Source: Marsupella aquatica (Eukaryota > Plantae > Marchantiophyta). From it: a DNA stretch of 64,000 nt. A program made the position numbers and the translations under genes. Positions 51,724 through 64,000 of this stretch are shown one piece after another (the stretch's first letter is position 1; each line of letters opens with the position of its first letter). Where the stretch lies: positions 20,280,451-20,344,450 of the forward strand of contig OZ316894.1 in NCBI GenBank assembly GCA_973895155.1, read 5' to 3'. The notes beneath the pieces are model-generated. The model was given only the letters and a program-made list of their open reading frames with translations. It was not told where the DNA came from and did no database searches.

Positions 51724-54059
51724 CCACCTCTCCAAGCGACAAACCTAAAATCTAAGTCCGTCCGCACAATCGCAAGTGGGGATGGCGTCCACTAATTAAG
51801 TCTGCGACGCGCGCGCAGGCTTCAAATCAAAACTCCAGGAATCAATTCAACAGCACCAATATCGTTAGAAACAATGCAGGACAGGACAGGAAATTGAGGA
51901 TGTTTCTCGGAAAGATGGATGGTCTCTTTTCTCCTTCTGTTGTTTGACTTTCGTGCTAGTCTATGGTCAATAGAGTAGACTGTACCTAAGTGCACGATCC
52001 CGGGAAGAAGTCAGGGCCTCGCACTTACAGGTGGTTTGCACTACGTGATAAATGCTCATTTTCAGCTTTTGCTCTTATGAAGGAGTAACACGGATTCTTC
52101 GTGCTCCCACTGGAGAGTGTGTAAAGGTGCTCAGTCATTCCTCTTCCCTCTATTCCTTTGTTTACATTCGACAAGTTCTGAACTCATGTTCAAGTAGGAT
52201 TCTAGTGCATGACTCCCTAAACCATTGACACTATGGTAAACCGCTATAGTGACCCTATCACCAACCTCATAACCCCTGTAGTAATGTTATATCAAATCAA
52301 ATATCTCAGAACTGCAATATTTATGCATTAACTACATAGAATGGTGTGCACTTATCCATAATAATTCCACATATGATTTTGAGCTTCCCACACAAGGGTA
52401 CATATACCTTTGAAGAGAACTCTGCACTTACATAATTGTCTGTCAGTGCCCTTATAAAAAGTGCAAAAAAATCAAAATGGTTTTAAAAGGGAACAAATGC
52501 ACTCCTTGCAAAGTAGGCAGGGTTTGTAATTATAGAGTTTGCACTTTCAGCCTAGAGAGGCATGGCTATGTGATAGCTCACTTGAGTGGACACTGATAAG
52601 TCTTGAGTTCAAATGTTGTGATTTACAGCTCCTTTTCTGTGGGGTTCTCACATAATTATTTCCCCTTAAATTTTTATTTTTAAAGATTGCAGTTGTCATT
52701 AATGGGGGATTGTGATAACCCCCTCAGCAGCCTGGCCCAAGGGTTCCAAGTCTGGCATTATGGTTGGTTATGCATAGGCATGAACCTCTTCTCTATTTTC
52801 ATTAGTAGTTTCAGACAAGGTGTCCAACCATAATCTCCAACCAGCACGCCTTGCCAAATCTCAAAATTTCCAACCTGAGGTGAAACAAATGTTGAGAAAT
52901 GGACCACTCCAAGGCACCATGCCCATGTGAAACATCCAATGAGCAAGTACTGCATACAAGGAATATGTGATTCATCTCTCCCAACACTATGTTCACAGGA
53001 GTACATAAAGAGCTTTGTTGAACTTTAGACCCGTTGGACTTGCCAAATCTATATTCACTAAACTCTCTCTATCTTTTAGATAGCTCAGTAACGAAGAGTC
53101 TAAGTTCAACTCAAAAGTTAGAAATTGCTATGGAATACGGTAATGAAAATTTTAACCTTAATCAAGTCCCCAACTACGATTAGACTGACTGCAGTTGCAA
53201 TTAACTCTACCCAAGCAGAAATGCCTGACACAAGAATTTTCTGGGGTTATTACAACCCATAGGTTAGCAAGCGTGTAGTAAATGCTGCTAGAGCGGCTTA
53301 TGGGCTGTGAGGCATTTACTTAGGGATTGCAACCCATATCCCCCTCTAGCACATTTTCTTGCATGACAAAATTTTCCTTGGTTCCAACTCTATAAAAGGC
53401 TTGGCCAAAATTGACTAAGTTCTTTGTCTTCTAGTAGCCCATTTTCTACCTAGTCACAGAGCCCATTAGCCAGAATGTAATGGTTATCCTTAAATCTAAG
53501 GAGATCTGACTACCATAATTTAATCTGGGAAAACTAGATAAAAAATATTTTATTTTTTTTCTCCTTGGCACAACATAACAGTAGCCATATTGCCACTTTG
53601 GGGAAAGAAAACCTTGAAAACTAACCTGCTCTCCAGACCGTAGGTTACCCTACTACAATTTCCCATTGGGCCCACTTGTCCTGAGACAATGATTACGGTA
53701 CTAGGTCAGAAGGCAACCCGATAACTGCACATCAATACTACGCTGCTACCTGTAGCTAGGCAGAAGAAATATCACTCAAAAGGATGCAACTGAGTTTATC
53801 AATTAGTATAAAAAATCAGCCAATATGTGAGAAGGTGTCACGTGGCACACTAAACTAGTGCCAGAAGGGGTATGCAGGAGTGCAGGGACGTTTCGAATTG
53901 TCTGACTAGATTCTGTCCGAGTTCACACGCTTTTAATTAGTATTGGGAGGAAACGATAGCGTACGAGGTAACACAAAGGAACAAGTTCACAAGCTCTAAA
54001 GTGCAGTGGCTGCCTTCGAAGACCGGGCCGTCACTCCAGTCGTCCCTCGTCTTACGCGT

Positions 54060-54270
54060 TACCTCGAAAACTACCTCGTAGTATTTTGCCTGTAATCATA
54101 GTCGTCCCTGGGTGGTAAAGCTATGCCGGTAGTATATGGTGCGCACTTCATTAATTTAAAGAAAATAAGGTACCTCGAAAGTACCCCGTAGTATTTTTGT
54201 CATCATAGTCGTCCCTGGGTGGTAAAGCTTTGCCGGTAAAATATGGTGCTCACACTCATTGATTTAAAGA
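54060..54270. repeat. ~111-bp direct duplication
   Basis: TACCTCGAAAA.TACC...CATAGTCGTCCCTGGGTGGTAAAGCT...ATTTAAAGA twice. Confidence 0.8.
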
Positions 54271-57199
54271 CATTACTCCATGACTTCTCTAGACTGAGAC
54301 TTCGAGGGACCTCAAAATTGGAGGCAGCGAGATCAAATCCCAGACCTATCACACAGTGACGTAACACCCCGCGTAAAACCTGTTCAGAAATTCACTATTA
54401 GAACCTTGTCGCGCATGATTATGGGCCACAATCTTTCTCACATTCAATCATTTTGTAACAAAAGTCTCCGACACTCTACAGGTGTTTTCCTCGTCATTGC
54501 TTGGATACTAAGTTCGATCTTGAATCAGAGTGCCAGTCGCTTTGCGAAGCAGCCGAAAACAAATTGCAGTCATTGGACAAACTACTGTAGCCAGTGACCG
54601 GTCCTCCAGTCCAGAACCAGATTAGTCTTCCTTTTGCATCTAATGAGTCCTTCTGTTCCTATTATAGTTTATTGTACACCTGCTTCTTAGTTGGACGAGG
54701 TCAGGTTCTGATTCGTTTAATGTTCATCCAACTATCCAAGTGTAGGGCCACTCTTATGAGAATTTTGAGAAAAATAAAACTTTGCTCCATGCACATTACT
54801 GTCGCTGTAGGTACGATACACGGTCAGTCAGTTACACACCAAATCGGGAGTGCAACTTTCCTAAACAATCATCTCAAGTAGCCCCATGGGCGATGGATCT
54901 AAAATGATTCCAAAGCCTGAAATGCTCTGACTTAGGACCTATGTTACAGTTCAACTCAGGATTCTAGCCGCTCCTGAGCTCAGCTGTAGCGAACGCTGAT
55001 CCCGACGCTGATGGGACTTTAATTCCTTTGTCCACACTCGAGCCCATTGCAGTGTAGCAGTCTGACTAACAAGTGACTCCTGCAACAGCAAGGTCCGTGG
55101 GGTTCCGAATAAGCAGCTCATAGCGCCCTCAAGTTGTACCAGGAATCTGATTTGGTTTTTACTGTGACTCCACAAATACAGGACGCAGAGCTTCCTCGGA
55201 GCAGGGCAGCTGAAACCAAACTGGTGTGCCCTTGATAAGTCGTCGACACGAGAACCAACCGTGGTCACGGAAGACGTGAGCGAGCTGAGTTGGCTCATCT
55301 TAGGAGGTCTTGATGATGCCCTCCCATTAGAGAAGGGTCACTCTGGGGACTAAGTAGGGATGGTGGGGACGAACTAATAGAGATTCATGGTCTGTAGGTG
55401 AAAAAGACTCCCAGGGTCCTTAGCCGGGAAGGACAGGGGCATTCAACCGGGCGTCCACTAACTTAATTCAGGTTTTTTAAATTTGAGTCAATCTTGAATT
55501 GTTTGAATCAGATACTAGAAAGCTAAGCCCAGATAGACCCATGGGTTTGTTTTGCAAATCCCCATGTACTGTGACACACTCTCCTTAACTTTACACCCAA
55601 AATTCAGACTGTCCTACTATCTTTGGAAGGATGTTTCACTAGAGAGAAGTACACCCCGAGTAATTTTCCAGGTGTCGTGACTAATTGTAAAATGCTGGTT
55701 TTGGCCCCGGTTTGGCAGACTTGTGCAATTGTTCGGACAACCTTGGTATCTCTATGTAAGCTCGTTTTTTTCCAGCATGCTCTTATGTCCAATTGCCTGC
55801 AAATTTTTCAGATTTTTCTCAGATTATTAATTTCTCCATAGCTGATGAGTGCAAAGATGATCAACTATTCTAAAATAACTGCTAAGGGACATTTCACTCT
55901 AATTTGTGAAGGAAGTCACAAGTACTAGGGCATGAGCAACCGCTTACCACTTTTGAGAAAAGATGTCCTAAGTACTACAGGCCAGTTAAATCCTAATGGT
56001 AATTATGTACAGTTAGTACTACGCAGAAGATGGAAATTTCTATGCGCAAAACTTTCACAAGAATCGGTTTCTCTTAGTGATCACCTTCTGCTTGCTCCCA
56101 GGCATCCACATGTCTTGTCCAATAGTTTGGGCAATTATGGGGTGTACTTAGTTACCCATTTGGAGCAGTTTTGACATGGCCTAATAGCACTTCCCCAAGT
56201 TGAACTCTGACCTAAGTATATGAAAACCTGCTTTTGGACCCTAGTACACCACTACTAGATACACTCATGGTGAGAGGCATTACAAGCTTGGATAAGATAT
56301 CCATTTGTAACCATTGGCTCGTTAAGATTCCTAATTTACATGTCGTTAAGATTCCTAACTTACATGAAGTATGGAAAACATATATTTAGACAAGAGCGTA
56401 ACATGAATTTAAAAAACCCTGTCTTTCCCTCAAAGAACATGATTGTTTGAACCCAATTGAAGCTTGGAGGTTGGGTGGAGATGTCTCATTCCACTGTCAA
56501 TGAGTCCTGTTTTAAAAACATCAAATACAATCCTCTGCTTGAGGGTGCTAATATATATATGTGACACTGTCAAACTAACAACAAAAGGCATTAAATAAGG
56601 AGACAAAATCTCAAAGGCAGGAGACCCAATAAAGGGGAGAAAATAAAATAAAACCCCACAAAACCAAAGGTCACAAAGCCCCAAAGTTTCACACAAGAGA
56701 GTACCCTGAAAAGTCAGGTAAACCTCAGGAGCAAATTTCACAGGAATTTGAAGTGAAATTCATCCAGAGGCCTAAAATCAAGAGCCTCCTCTGATCGAGA
56801 TTGCAAATTGAAAAGAAGGAAAAAATATATAAGAAGATATCTTTTCTTTTTTAGCAAACTTACTAGTCTTGCTTGAAAGCATATCATTCCAATATTAAAT
56901 TCAAATCACGGTAGGAACTTTTGATACCCTTACGGAAAGATGTTATTTAATATACTTCTACGTAATAAAAAGTAAAAAAAAAGTCAAATCACGGTGGGAA
57001 CATGTTAAGAATGGCATGAATAGCTCCTTGAAAATTAGTTTTAAACGGCATCTTTTTTTGCCTCGAAAGGTAGGAACGTGTTAAGAATGGCATGAATAGC
57101 TCGCTGGAAATTAATATTAAACTGCCTCGTTTTTTGACTCGAAAGATCCAGATAAATTCCATTCAAATAGCCAACACGCACAAAAAGGCACCAACCCAG

Positions 57200-57960
57200 A
57201 TCTCTTGACAATCTCGACCTGAGCAACCGACGAAGCAGAGGAGAAGGAGCCGAAACGCGGAACTGTAGATTCGCTCCAGCTTTTCTCGCACTCCGGAAAA
57301 TGAACTACAGCAACAGCACGTTTGCAGCTTATCTCTTGACTCCCAATCTCTTGACTAAGCTCTTGAGTCAGTGGTGGTGCACTAAGCGGCTGAAGAACAC
57401 AGGACGCACCGGGATGGAAATTTATCAGGCCCCTCTGGGAAATATTTAACGGCATGTTGAGGATCTCGACCTGAGTGACGAAGACGAAGTAGAGGAGAAG
57501 AAGGAGCCGAAGAGAGGAACTGCAGATTAATTTGGTCCAGCTTTTCTCTCACTGGCCTCGGGAAGATGAACGAACAGCAATAGCAAGTTTGCAGCTTATA
57601 TCGTTATTGAGCATCAATTGAGTAAGCTCTTGAGAGAGCTGATGGTGTACCAAGCGGCTGAAGAACACAGGACGCAGTGGGATGGAACTTTCGCAGGCCC
57701 CAATAGCTCTTGGAAATGATAAAGGGCATGTTCACAATCTCAATCTGAGGGACGAAGCTGGAAAGAAGGAGCCGACAAGAGGAACTGCAAACTTGGTCCA
57801 GTTGCCCTGGCACTGACCTCCAGAAAATGAACTACAGAATGAGCAAGTTTGCAGTTGATCCGGGAGCTTATCTCGTGACTTCGCATCTCTTGAGTGAGCT
57901 CGAGGTGCACTAAGCTGCCGAAGAACACCGGACGCGATGGGATTGAAATTACTCAGGACT
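57200..57960. repeat. Diverged ~260-280 bp tandem repeat x3
   Basis: ATCTC(G/A)A.CTGAG...GAAGGAGCCGA...GGAACTG...GTTTGCAG...GAAGAACAC.GGACGC...GGGAT at ~57210, 57463 and 57737. Confidence 0.8.
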
Positions 57961-58538
57961 GCGGTGCAGTGGTGCTGCGGACAGTCATCTGTGACATGTG
58001 ACAATCTTCAGACTGAAGCACTGCTATCGGGACGATTGTTCACATTCCAGCGTAATCTCGGAGCAAAGAGCGACGATTCTCGGAGCAATGTTTGTAGGAT
58101 GTCAAGATCGTATAACCTGGTCAGAAGTTTTACATTTGTTCTACCGCCAAGTCATGAGGTCTATCTCGAAACAATCGATGATAACCCTGAGAACGAATGT
58201 TTTCCTTTTAAGCGAGTGAGATTCAGCTAGATCGAATCGATCGTGTACGAGACTGCTCTCAACAACTGATTCTGAAAACCGTTCAGCTAGACTGAATTTC
58301 TGTACGCGTATGTTAATCTGCTAGTATATATGCGTCGATTCGTTTGTTGTACGTCAAGTGTAGCGAATAGTTAATGAATGCTGTAAAATCAACTCGATAT
58401 GGATGAAGTGCGTTTTTGCCGCTGCAGGAAGACTTGCAATCACGTCTGATTTTGGGGTGGAACGTCTGATTTACAGTTATGCCGACGAGTTGGTAATTGT
58501 CAATGTTGATCCTCTGTCAGCCTAGATTGCACTTTCGA

Positions 58539-61500
58539 ATGTTATCTCGCATGTTATCACTCCAACGGTTTGCAGTGCAAGATAGTTTGGCCTTATTAGC
58601 AGGATCCGGACTGTCCACCAGCATATTATCTAGGCTATATAATATGGGGTTATATAGACTTATCAAGCGATTACAGGGCATAGGGCTTCGTTTCAGCTGT
58701 GAAGAGTTTTCCCGTGCCATTGGGAAGGGCGTAATGTTCGTTCTTGCTTCAATTCTATTGAATTTAGTGAGTAGCAATGTAGCCATTGACGAGGCAAAGC
58801 AAATCTCTGTGCTAAGGCTATGTTTAGTTTACATACCATTGTCGTTTGTTCACTACTTACCGCTGACCTTAACGACGGTGATAGCTTGCTTTGTTGGTCA
58901 TAAGTGTTTCTTATATTTCAAGAGTACAGAAGTGCTACCTGTTGTCGCACCATCTTCACCGTCCCAAGCCACAGGATTTACACATCCCCAGGCCACAAGA
59001 CCTCTAGATACCCAGGGAATGGAACCTCCACAACCCCAGAGCACAACCACTCCAGATCTGCAGGGCACAGTCCATCGACATAACCCGGGCATTAGACAAT
59101 CATCTCCCCAGGCCACAGGCAATGCAGAATCCCAGGGCACAGGACCCCCCAATCTCCAGGGAGAAGGAGCTCCACAACACAACAGCTCAGGAAATTTAGA
59201 TACACCGCTGGCCACGGAGCCGCCCCATCTCCAGGCGACAGAGCCTTCTCCCACGAGCATAGGTCCTGGGTTCGAAGACGATACTCTTGAGCTTCTGACT
59301 CTCGCTTTGATATCACATTCTGCTACAGAAAGCGCTTCTTGGGCTGCAGAAAGTTCTGGAAATGTTGCGCTGACAATTCGCTTCAAGAGGCATGTGAGAA
59401 AGGTGGAGGTCGTGTTCAAGCCACACACAACTTTGTCTGGCTCCAAAATTCTGCACAAGAGAATAGAGATAGGGCCTGAGACTGGCACTTCGGAGTTAGA
59501 GGAACTCAAAAAGCAGCTACTTGAATCTATGAGGCGAGCGCAGGAGCTTGATCCAGACTGTACTTTACAATTCGGCTCTTTCGCAGTGTTGAAGTACACA
59601 GGTAAACGAGAATTTTAGTCTAGAGCAGCAGCAATACCCCTTTGAAACATATTCAATCTAACTTTTCTTGTTAATCAACTGGGTTTTTTATTTACACCTA
59701 GTTTGCTGGTATATCTTGCACGTACCATAAAAAAATTGTTTGGGACATTCATGTTTCATTGAAACACTGAAGCCTTTCACAATTCTGTTGGGTGCAAGGC
59801 TTGTTGGAACCTGCAAAACTCCCCAATTAATTCATGATTTGTCTCTTCGATTGAACAGACTCTGGCCACTTGAAATGGTGGAGGCTCCAAAACCATTGGA
59901 CACCAATAGTTTTCAATATTACTCGATCTCATAAAATCAGCTTATTGGATTTGCTAAGAGGTAAGTTCTTTCTATTTCATGCCTCTAGCTAGGGTTCTGA
60001 CTGCGACTAAAAGTAGTGCACTGAGTCTTATACGTGGAACATTCACTGAATTTGTAATGCAGATTCACCAGATTCACATAACACGTGGATGGTAAGCGGT
60101 TTCAATCTCCACACAGCAACATTGAAAGCCTCAACGAATGATAAAAGTGAAATCTTAAAAGTCTTAAAACATCAAAAGGTACTTACTCTTACATGATTCT
60201 TCAATGGTTGTAGCAGGCATTGATTACAGTTTAAAAACAAACAAATAATTACAAAATACAGTATTTGGTTTCATATGTGTTCTAAGTTTCTTAGCAAGCT
60301 ACATTCATAAACGCGTCATTTGGTTTTGTTTAAATGGCATTCATCCTCAATCTTGTGTATAGATTGAGAATGGGGAGGATTTGTTCACCTGTGAAGAACC
60401 TGGTTTAGTTCGAAGTGCAGCTTCAATGTTTTGGAAAAAAGTCTATATTTGTGCTTCAAACTCTGTGGAAGTAGAAACGGGAGTCAAAGTTGATTTGCAG
60501 AGCAAGCCCAAATTTGTTGATACCCAATACGTGATTCCAGGTATGCATCCAACTGTTGATGATTTTGACATTTTCACATTTCTTCACTGTCCTGGACTCT
60601 ACACAACTTCTTTTATTAAAGGCTCTCGTCAATTGGAACCCTTTGATATATTTTCCCCACGTTTTAGATCTTTCAATAAGTGTCCATGACAGACACTGGA
60701 GAGCCAGGTTCTAAAATTATTTTTGTGATTCTGTATCATTTTCAATGGTCACTAAAATTGTTTTTTTCTGTTTGAATTTGACAGGGATGAAAAGCTTCAT
60801 ACCTAGTCTATGGACAGCGGTCATAAGTTTAAGTTTCGTATTGATTCAGACTTTACTAGAACAAAATCCTGTTCTAAGGCGGCTCTGTCAATTATCTTTA
60901 TTTTGTTCACTCATCATCTTAGCTACCATCCGTCCCTTTCCAAAAGTGTTATCAGCTATTCGTTTTCCAAAAATGTTATTGACTCCACATGATCGACTCC
61001 CAGGACTGGGTAAGTTACACTCTCATCTGAGTTTGGCATGTTGCCTTTGAAGTTTAGTGAAGAGAATATTGCTTATGAAAGCTGCTTCATTTGAATGCTT
61101 ATTTCTGTGATGTGAAACATAGGTAGCCAGTATGTAAATCAAACTTCACTTCTTGAATGCCTAGGCTATTTCTTTTTTGTAGGTTTAAGACCTTCCATAA
61201 GAAAAAATTTTAATTTTTTAAAAAAGACCTTCCATAAGCAAATATTCCTGAGATGATTGCTTCTGTCTAATGATTCTTACATATGATTAGTGTGTATTAG
61301 TTTTGGATCTTTTAAAGTCAATCCCATTGCAGTGGAGTGAAGTCTTCATTAATTATTTTAGTGTGTATCCCAGTATGGGGCGTGAATGTTTTGTATCTAT
61401 CCACTAGTCTATCTATAACACATCATCCAAATTACAGTATTTTGGTGGAATTGTGCAGGTTCTGATGGGAGACCACCTACTGTGGAAGATATCAGTGAGA

Positions 61501-64000
61501 GTCCTAGCCCTGCAACTCGACCATCTTTCTTGGAAGGTATTTTACTTTCCAGAAGTTACAACATTGACTACTGCTAGTCCTCACTTTTTCTATGGACACG
61601 GGATTTGACTACTGCTAGTCCTCAATTTTCCTATGGACACGGGATTGTGATAGTTCAGGCTGTAAACATAGTTTAGTAGTATTCAGCACTCTAGTCCTCA
61701 CTTTTTCCATGGACACGGGATTATGATAGTTCAGGTTGTAAACATAGTAGTATTCAGAACTCTTGCTTAAGTGTAGCTTGATTTTGGGCTGTGAGTAGGA
61801 AGCTTTGTGCAATGTGCAATGTGTCTCAAGTGGGTGCCTTACAATTGTGGGCGTTGGAACTCATTATGCATTAGAATATATTATGATCATGAGCATGTTG
61901 CAGACAAGATATGGTCAGGTGTGTATTTGCTAAGTGACATTTGCATCTACTTAACCAATATACATTGACAAGTAAGGTAGTTCAGTTTGTCTATAACCTT
62001 GTCATGTACATTGTTTGGTTGTAGACAAACTGGACTATCTTACTTGTCGATGCAATTCGAATTGCAATCATTGTTTTTCGTATCAATAGTTACAAGATTT
62101 TACATTCTTAAAGTGTTATTTACATTTGTTAAGGTGAAGATGTCCTTATCCCACAAACAACACCCGCTTCTGAAGATCTTACGAACATCCCCTTACCACC
62201 TACTGAGGAGGAATGGACGAAAATGGATGTCAACATTGAGGAACAAGAAGAGAATGAAGGTTTGTTTCCTCGTCTGGGTGTAATCTCAATTGCCGTTTGA
62301 ATTTGATGGCTTGTCTTAGTTTGTCAGGATTGATACTGAACCGACTTAAACTTAGATTCAAGGTAGTGGAGCTTAGTCTCACATACTGCAGTCATTTTAG
62401 ATGTAAGTATTTAGAGTAAAGTCCATTGTCTTCAAACGTTCACCATGATGTTTTTCTTTGTTCATGATTCCAGCTCATGGGTGTATTCTCGGGGGCCTCA
62501 CTCTAAAGGGGGTCTCATAACACGCTCGACATTTTTAGCTATTACACACCCTAAAAAATAAGAAGAAAAAAAACTGAACTATTTTTTCCCATGTCTTTTT
62601 GGAATATTCTAAAAATATTCATAAATTCATTTCTAAAACCATATCTTCTCTTATAATTCTCAAAATTGTATTTTGAAAACCCTAATGTTCTTCTGCATAA
62701 ACTTAAAAGTATTCTTCTCAACCCAATAAACAAATCCTATACTTATTTCCACGTGATGGGTAGAAAGGAAATAAATAAGGACTCCAAGGGTGTATTTGCC
62801 AGACTAAGACTGCAAATTGTTGTTATTGTCGGAATAACACTAGAAAGGCAGTACATACAGTCAAGTTAAGTCTAGTGATATTTGCTTTGTTTATGTTAAG
62901 ATTGATACTGTTGCAAATAAACTTAGATTAAATGCTTTGAAATTCAACATAGTAGAGCTGGGAGTCGCACTCGTTCAAGTCATTTTAAAACTGAGTTTTT
63001 AGGCTGAGTCCAGAGTCATGAATCAGCTTTTCTCTTTGTTCTTGATTCTGAGACATAAGTTGGGATGGATCTCCATCCAAGTTTAGCTTTGAATTCAAAT
63101 GAAGTTTTTCAAAACTCTCTGCCTATGAAAGTTAAAATTTGTCATTCTAATTCATATTTTCCAAAGTTAAATCCCTGCCATCATAGATATTATCTGAGAA
63201 ATTTATTTTTGAGATGGAGATCCATCCCAAATTAGAGCTCCTTCATTTTGGCTTGTGTATGTATTTGCTGTATGTTTTACGTATAATGCTCTGAAGTTGA
63301 GAGTCGCCAATGCAGAGGAGGCTCTGGTTGGCCTAGTGAATTGTTTGTCACAGAATGACCACGGTGGTTTCCAAGAAAAAGCAGCATGGGAGTTGGCAGA
63401 TCTTGCCAGTTCGAGAAATAATGCTCTGAAGTTGAGAGTCGCCGATGCGGAGGGGGCTCTGGTTGGCCTGGTGAATTGCTTGTCACATAGTGACCATCTT
63501 GGTTTACAGGAACAAGCAGCACGAGCATTGGCAAATATTGCCTGTTCAGCGGATAATGCTCTGAAGTTCAAAGTTGCTGATGCGGAGGGGGCTTTGGTTG
63601 GTCTGGTGAATTGCTTGTCACACAATGATCACCGTGGTTTACAAGAAGCTGCAGCAGGGGTGTTGGCAAATATTTCTGGTTCGACAGATGATGCTCTGAA
63701 GTTGAGAGTTGCCGATGCGGAGGGGGCTTTGGTTGGCCTGGTGAATTGCTTGTCACACAATGATCACCGTGGTTTACAAGAAGCTGCAGCAGGGGTGTTG
63801 GTAAATATTTCTGGTTCGACAGATGATGCTCTGAAGTTGAGAGTTGCCGATGCAGAGGGGGCTCTAGTTGGCCTGGTGAATTGCTTGTCACACAATGATC
63901 ACCGTGGTTTACAAGAAGCTGCAGCAGGGGTGTTGGCAAATATTTCCGGTTCGACAGCTAATGCTCTGAAGTTGAGAGTTGCCAATGCGGAGGGAGCTCT
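58539..64000 (+). CDS. Multi-exon mosaic protein (hydrophobic segments, Pro/Gln/Thr repeats, unknown domain, linker exons, Armadillo repeats), 3' end outside window; putative exons ~58539-59601, 59859-59960, 60063-60091, 60363-60540, 60785-61009, 61459-61536, 62134-62259, ~63214-64000+
   Basis: GT-AG junctions join into one open frame (phases 1,1,0,1,1,1,1). The start codon and the acceptor of the ARM exon are uncertain. Confidence 0.6.
61566..61760. repeat. Nested short intronic repeats
   Basis: CTAGTCCTCA.TTTT..ATGGACACGGGATT three times and GATAGTTCAGG.TGTAAACATAGT twice. Confidence 0.75.
63285..64000 (+). repeat. 135-bp (45-aa) Armadillo repeats, >5 copies, open frame running off the window
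   Basis: Units start at 63285, 63420, 63555, 63690, 63825 and 63960. Translation DALKLRVADAEGALVGLVNCLSHNDHRGLQEAAAGVLANISGST fits the ARM consensus G.l..Lv.lL.......qe.Aa..L.Ni. Confidence 0.9.

Noticed and set aside
53842-53863. ACTAGTG followed by CCA as the partner terminus of the CACTA at 7870 (which is preceded by CCA)
   Set aside because: The match is limited to about 7 bp, there are no subterminal ATGAC repeats, and it is 46 kb away across host genes, so chance is likely.
54951-55298. 115-aa minus-strand ORF between the two mosaic genes
   Set aside because: No recognisable motif or splice context, so it cannot be supported without a search.
63203-63939. Minus-strand repeat ORFs in the ORF track
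   Set aside because: They are antisense shadows of the + strand Armadillo frame, which is unlisted only because it lacks a stop in the window.

Overview
Intron-rich land-plant genomic DNA. A non-seed plant such as a liverwort is my guess from gene content only. From left to right: (1) 1-4312 is the end of a CACTA (En/Spm) transposon with an internal ~576-bp tandem array. (2) 4.3-7.9 kb holds an F-box-like ORF among repeated 14-18 bp palindromes and an LTR remnant. (3) A second, truncated CACTA end starts at 7870 and carries a TnpA-like fragment. (4) A complete 11-exon ABCB1/19-clade ABC transporter (+, 16232-23114) contains a perfect 150-bp intron/exon duplication. (5) A 3 x 743-bp tandem triplication follows. 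(6) Cyclin T1 (-, 31838-35645). (7) The highlight is a hand-reconstructed 17-exon gene (-, 41263-50076, ~1596 aa) whose 16 introns are all phase 1. It fuses Trp-rich repeats, a WW domain, two CNGC-type cyclic-nucleotide-binding domains (one with an intact IQ motif) and an L-type-lectin-RLK-family kinase, and I see no ectodomain or TM helix. This is a PKG-like or integrated-decoy kinase architecture. (8) Head-to-head with it lies a second mosaic gene (+, ~58.5 kb to beyond 64000) that shares a similar linker exon and carries near-identical 135-bp Armadillo repeats. All gene models were assembled by eye from splice signals and reading frame and need transcript confirmation.
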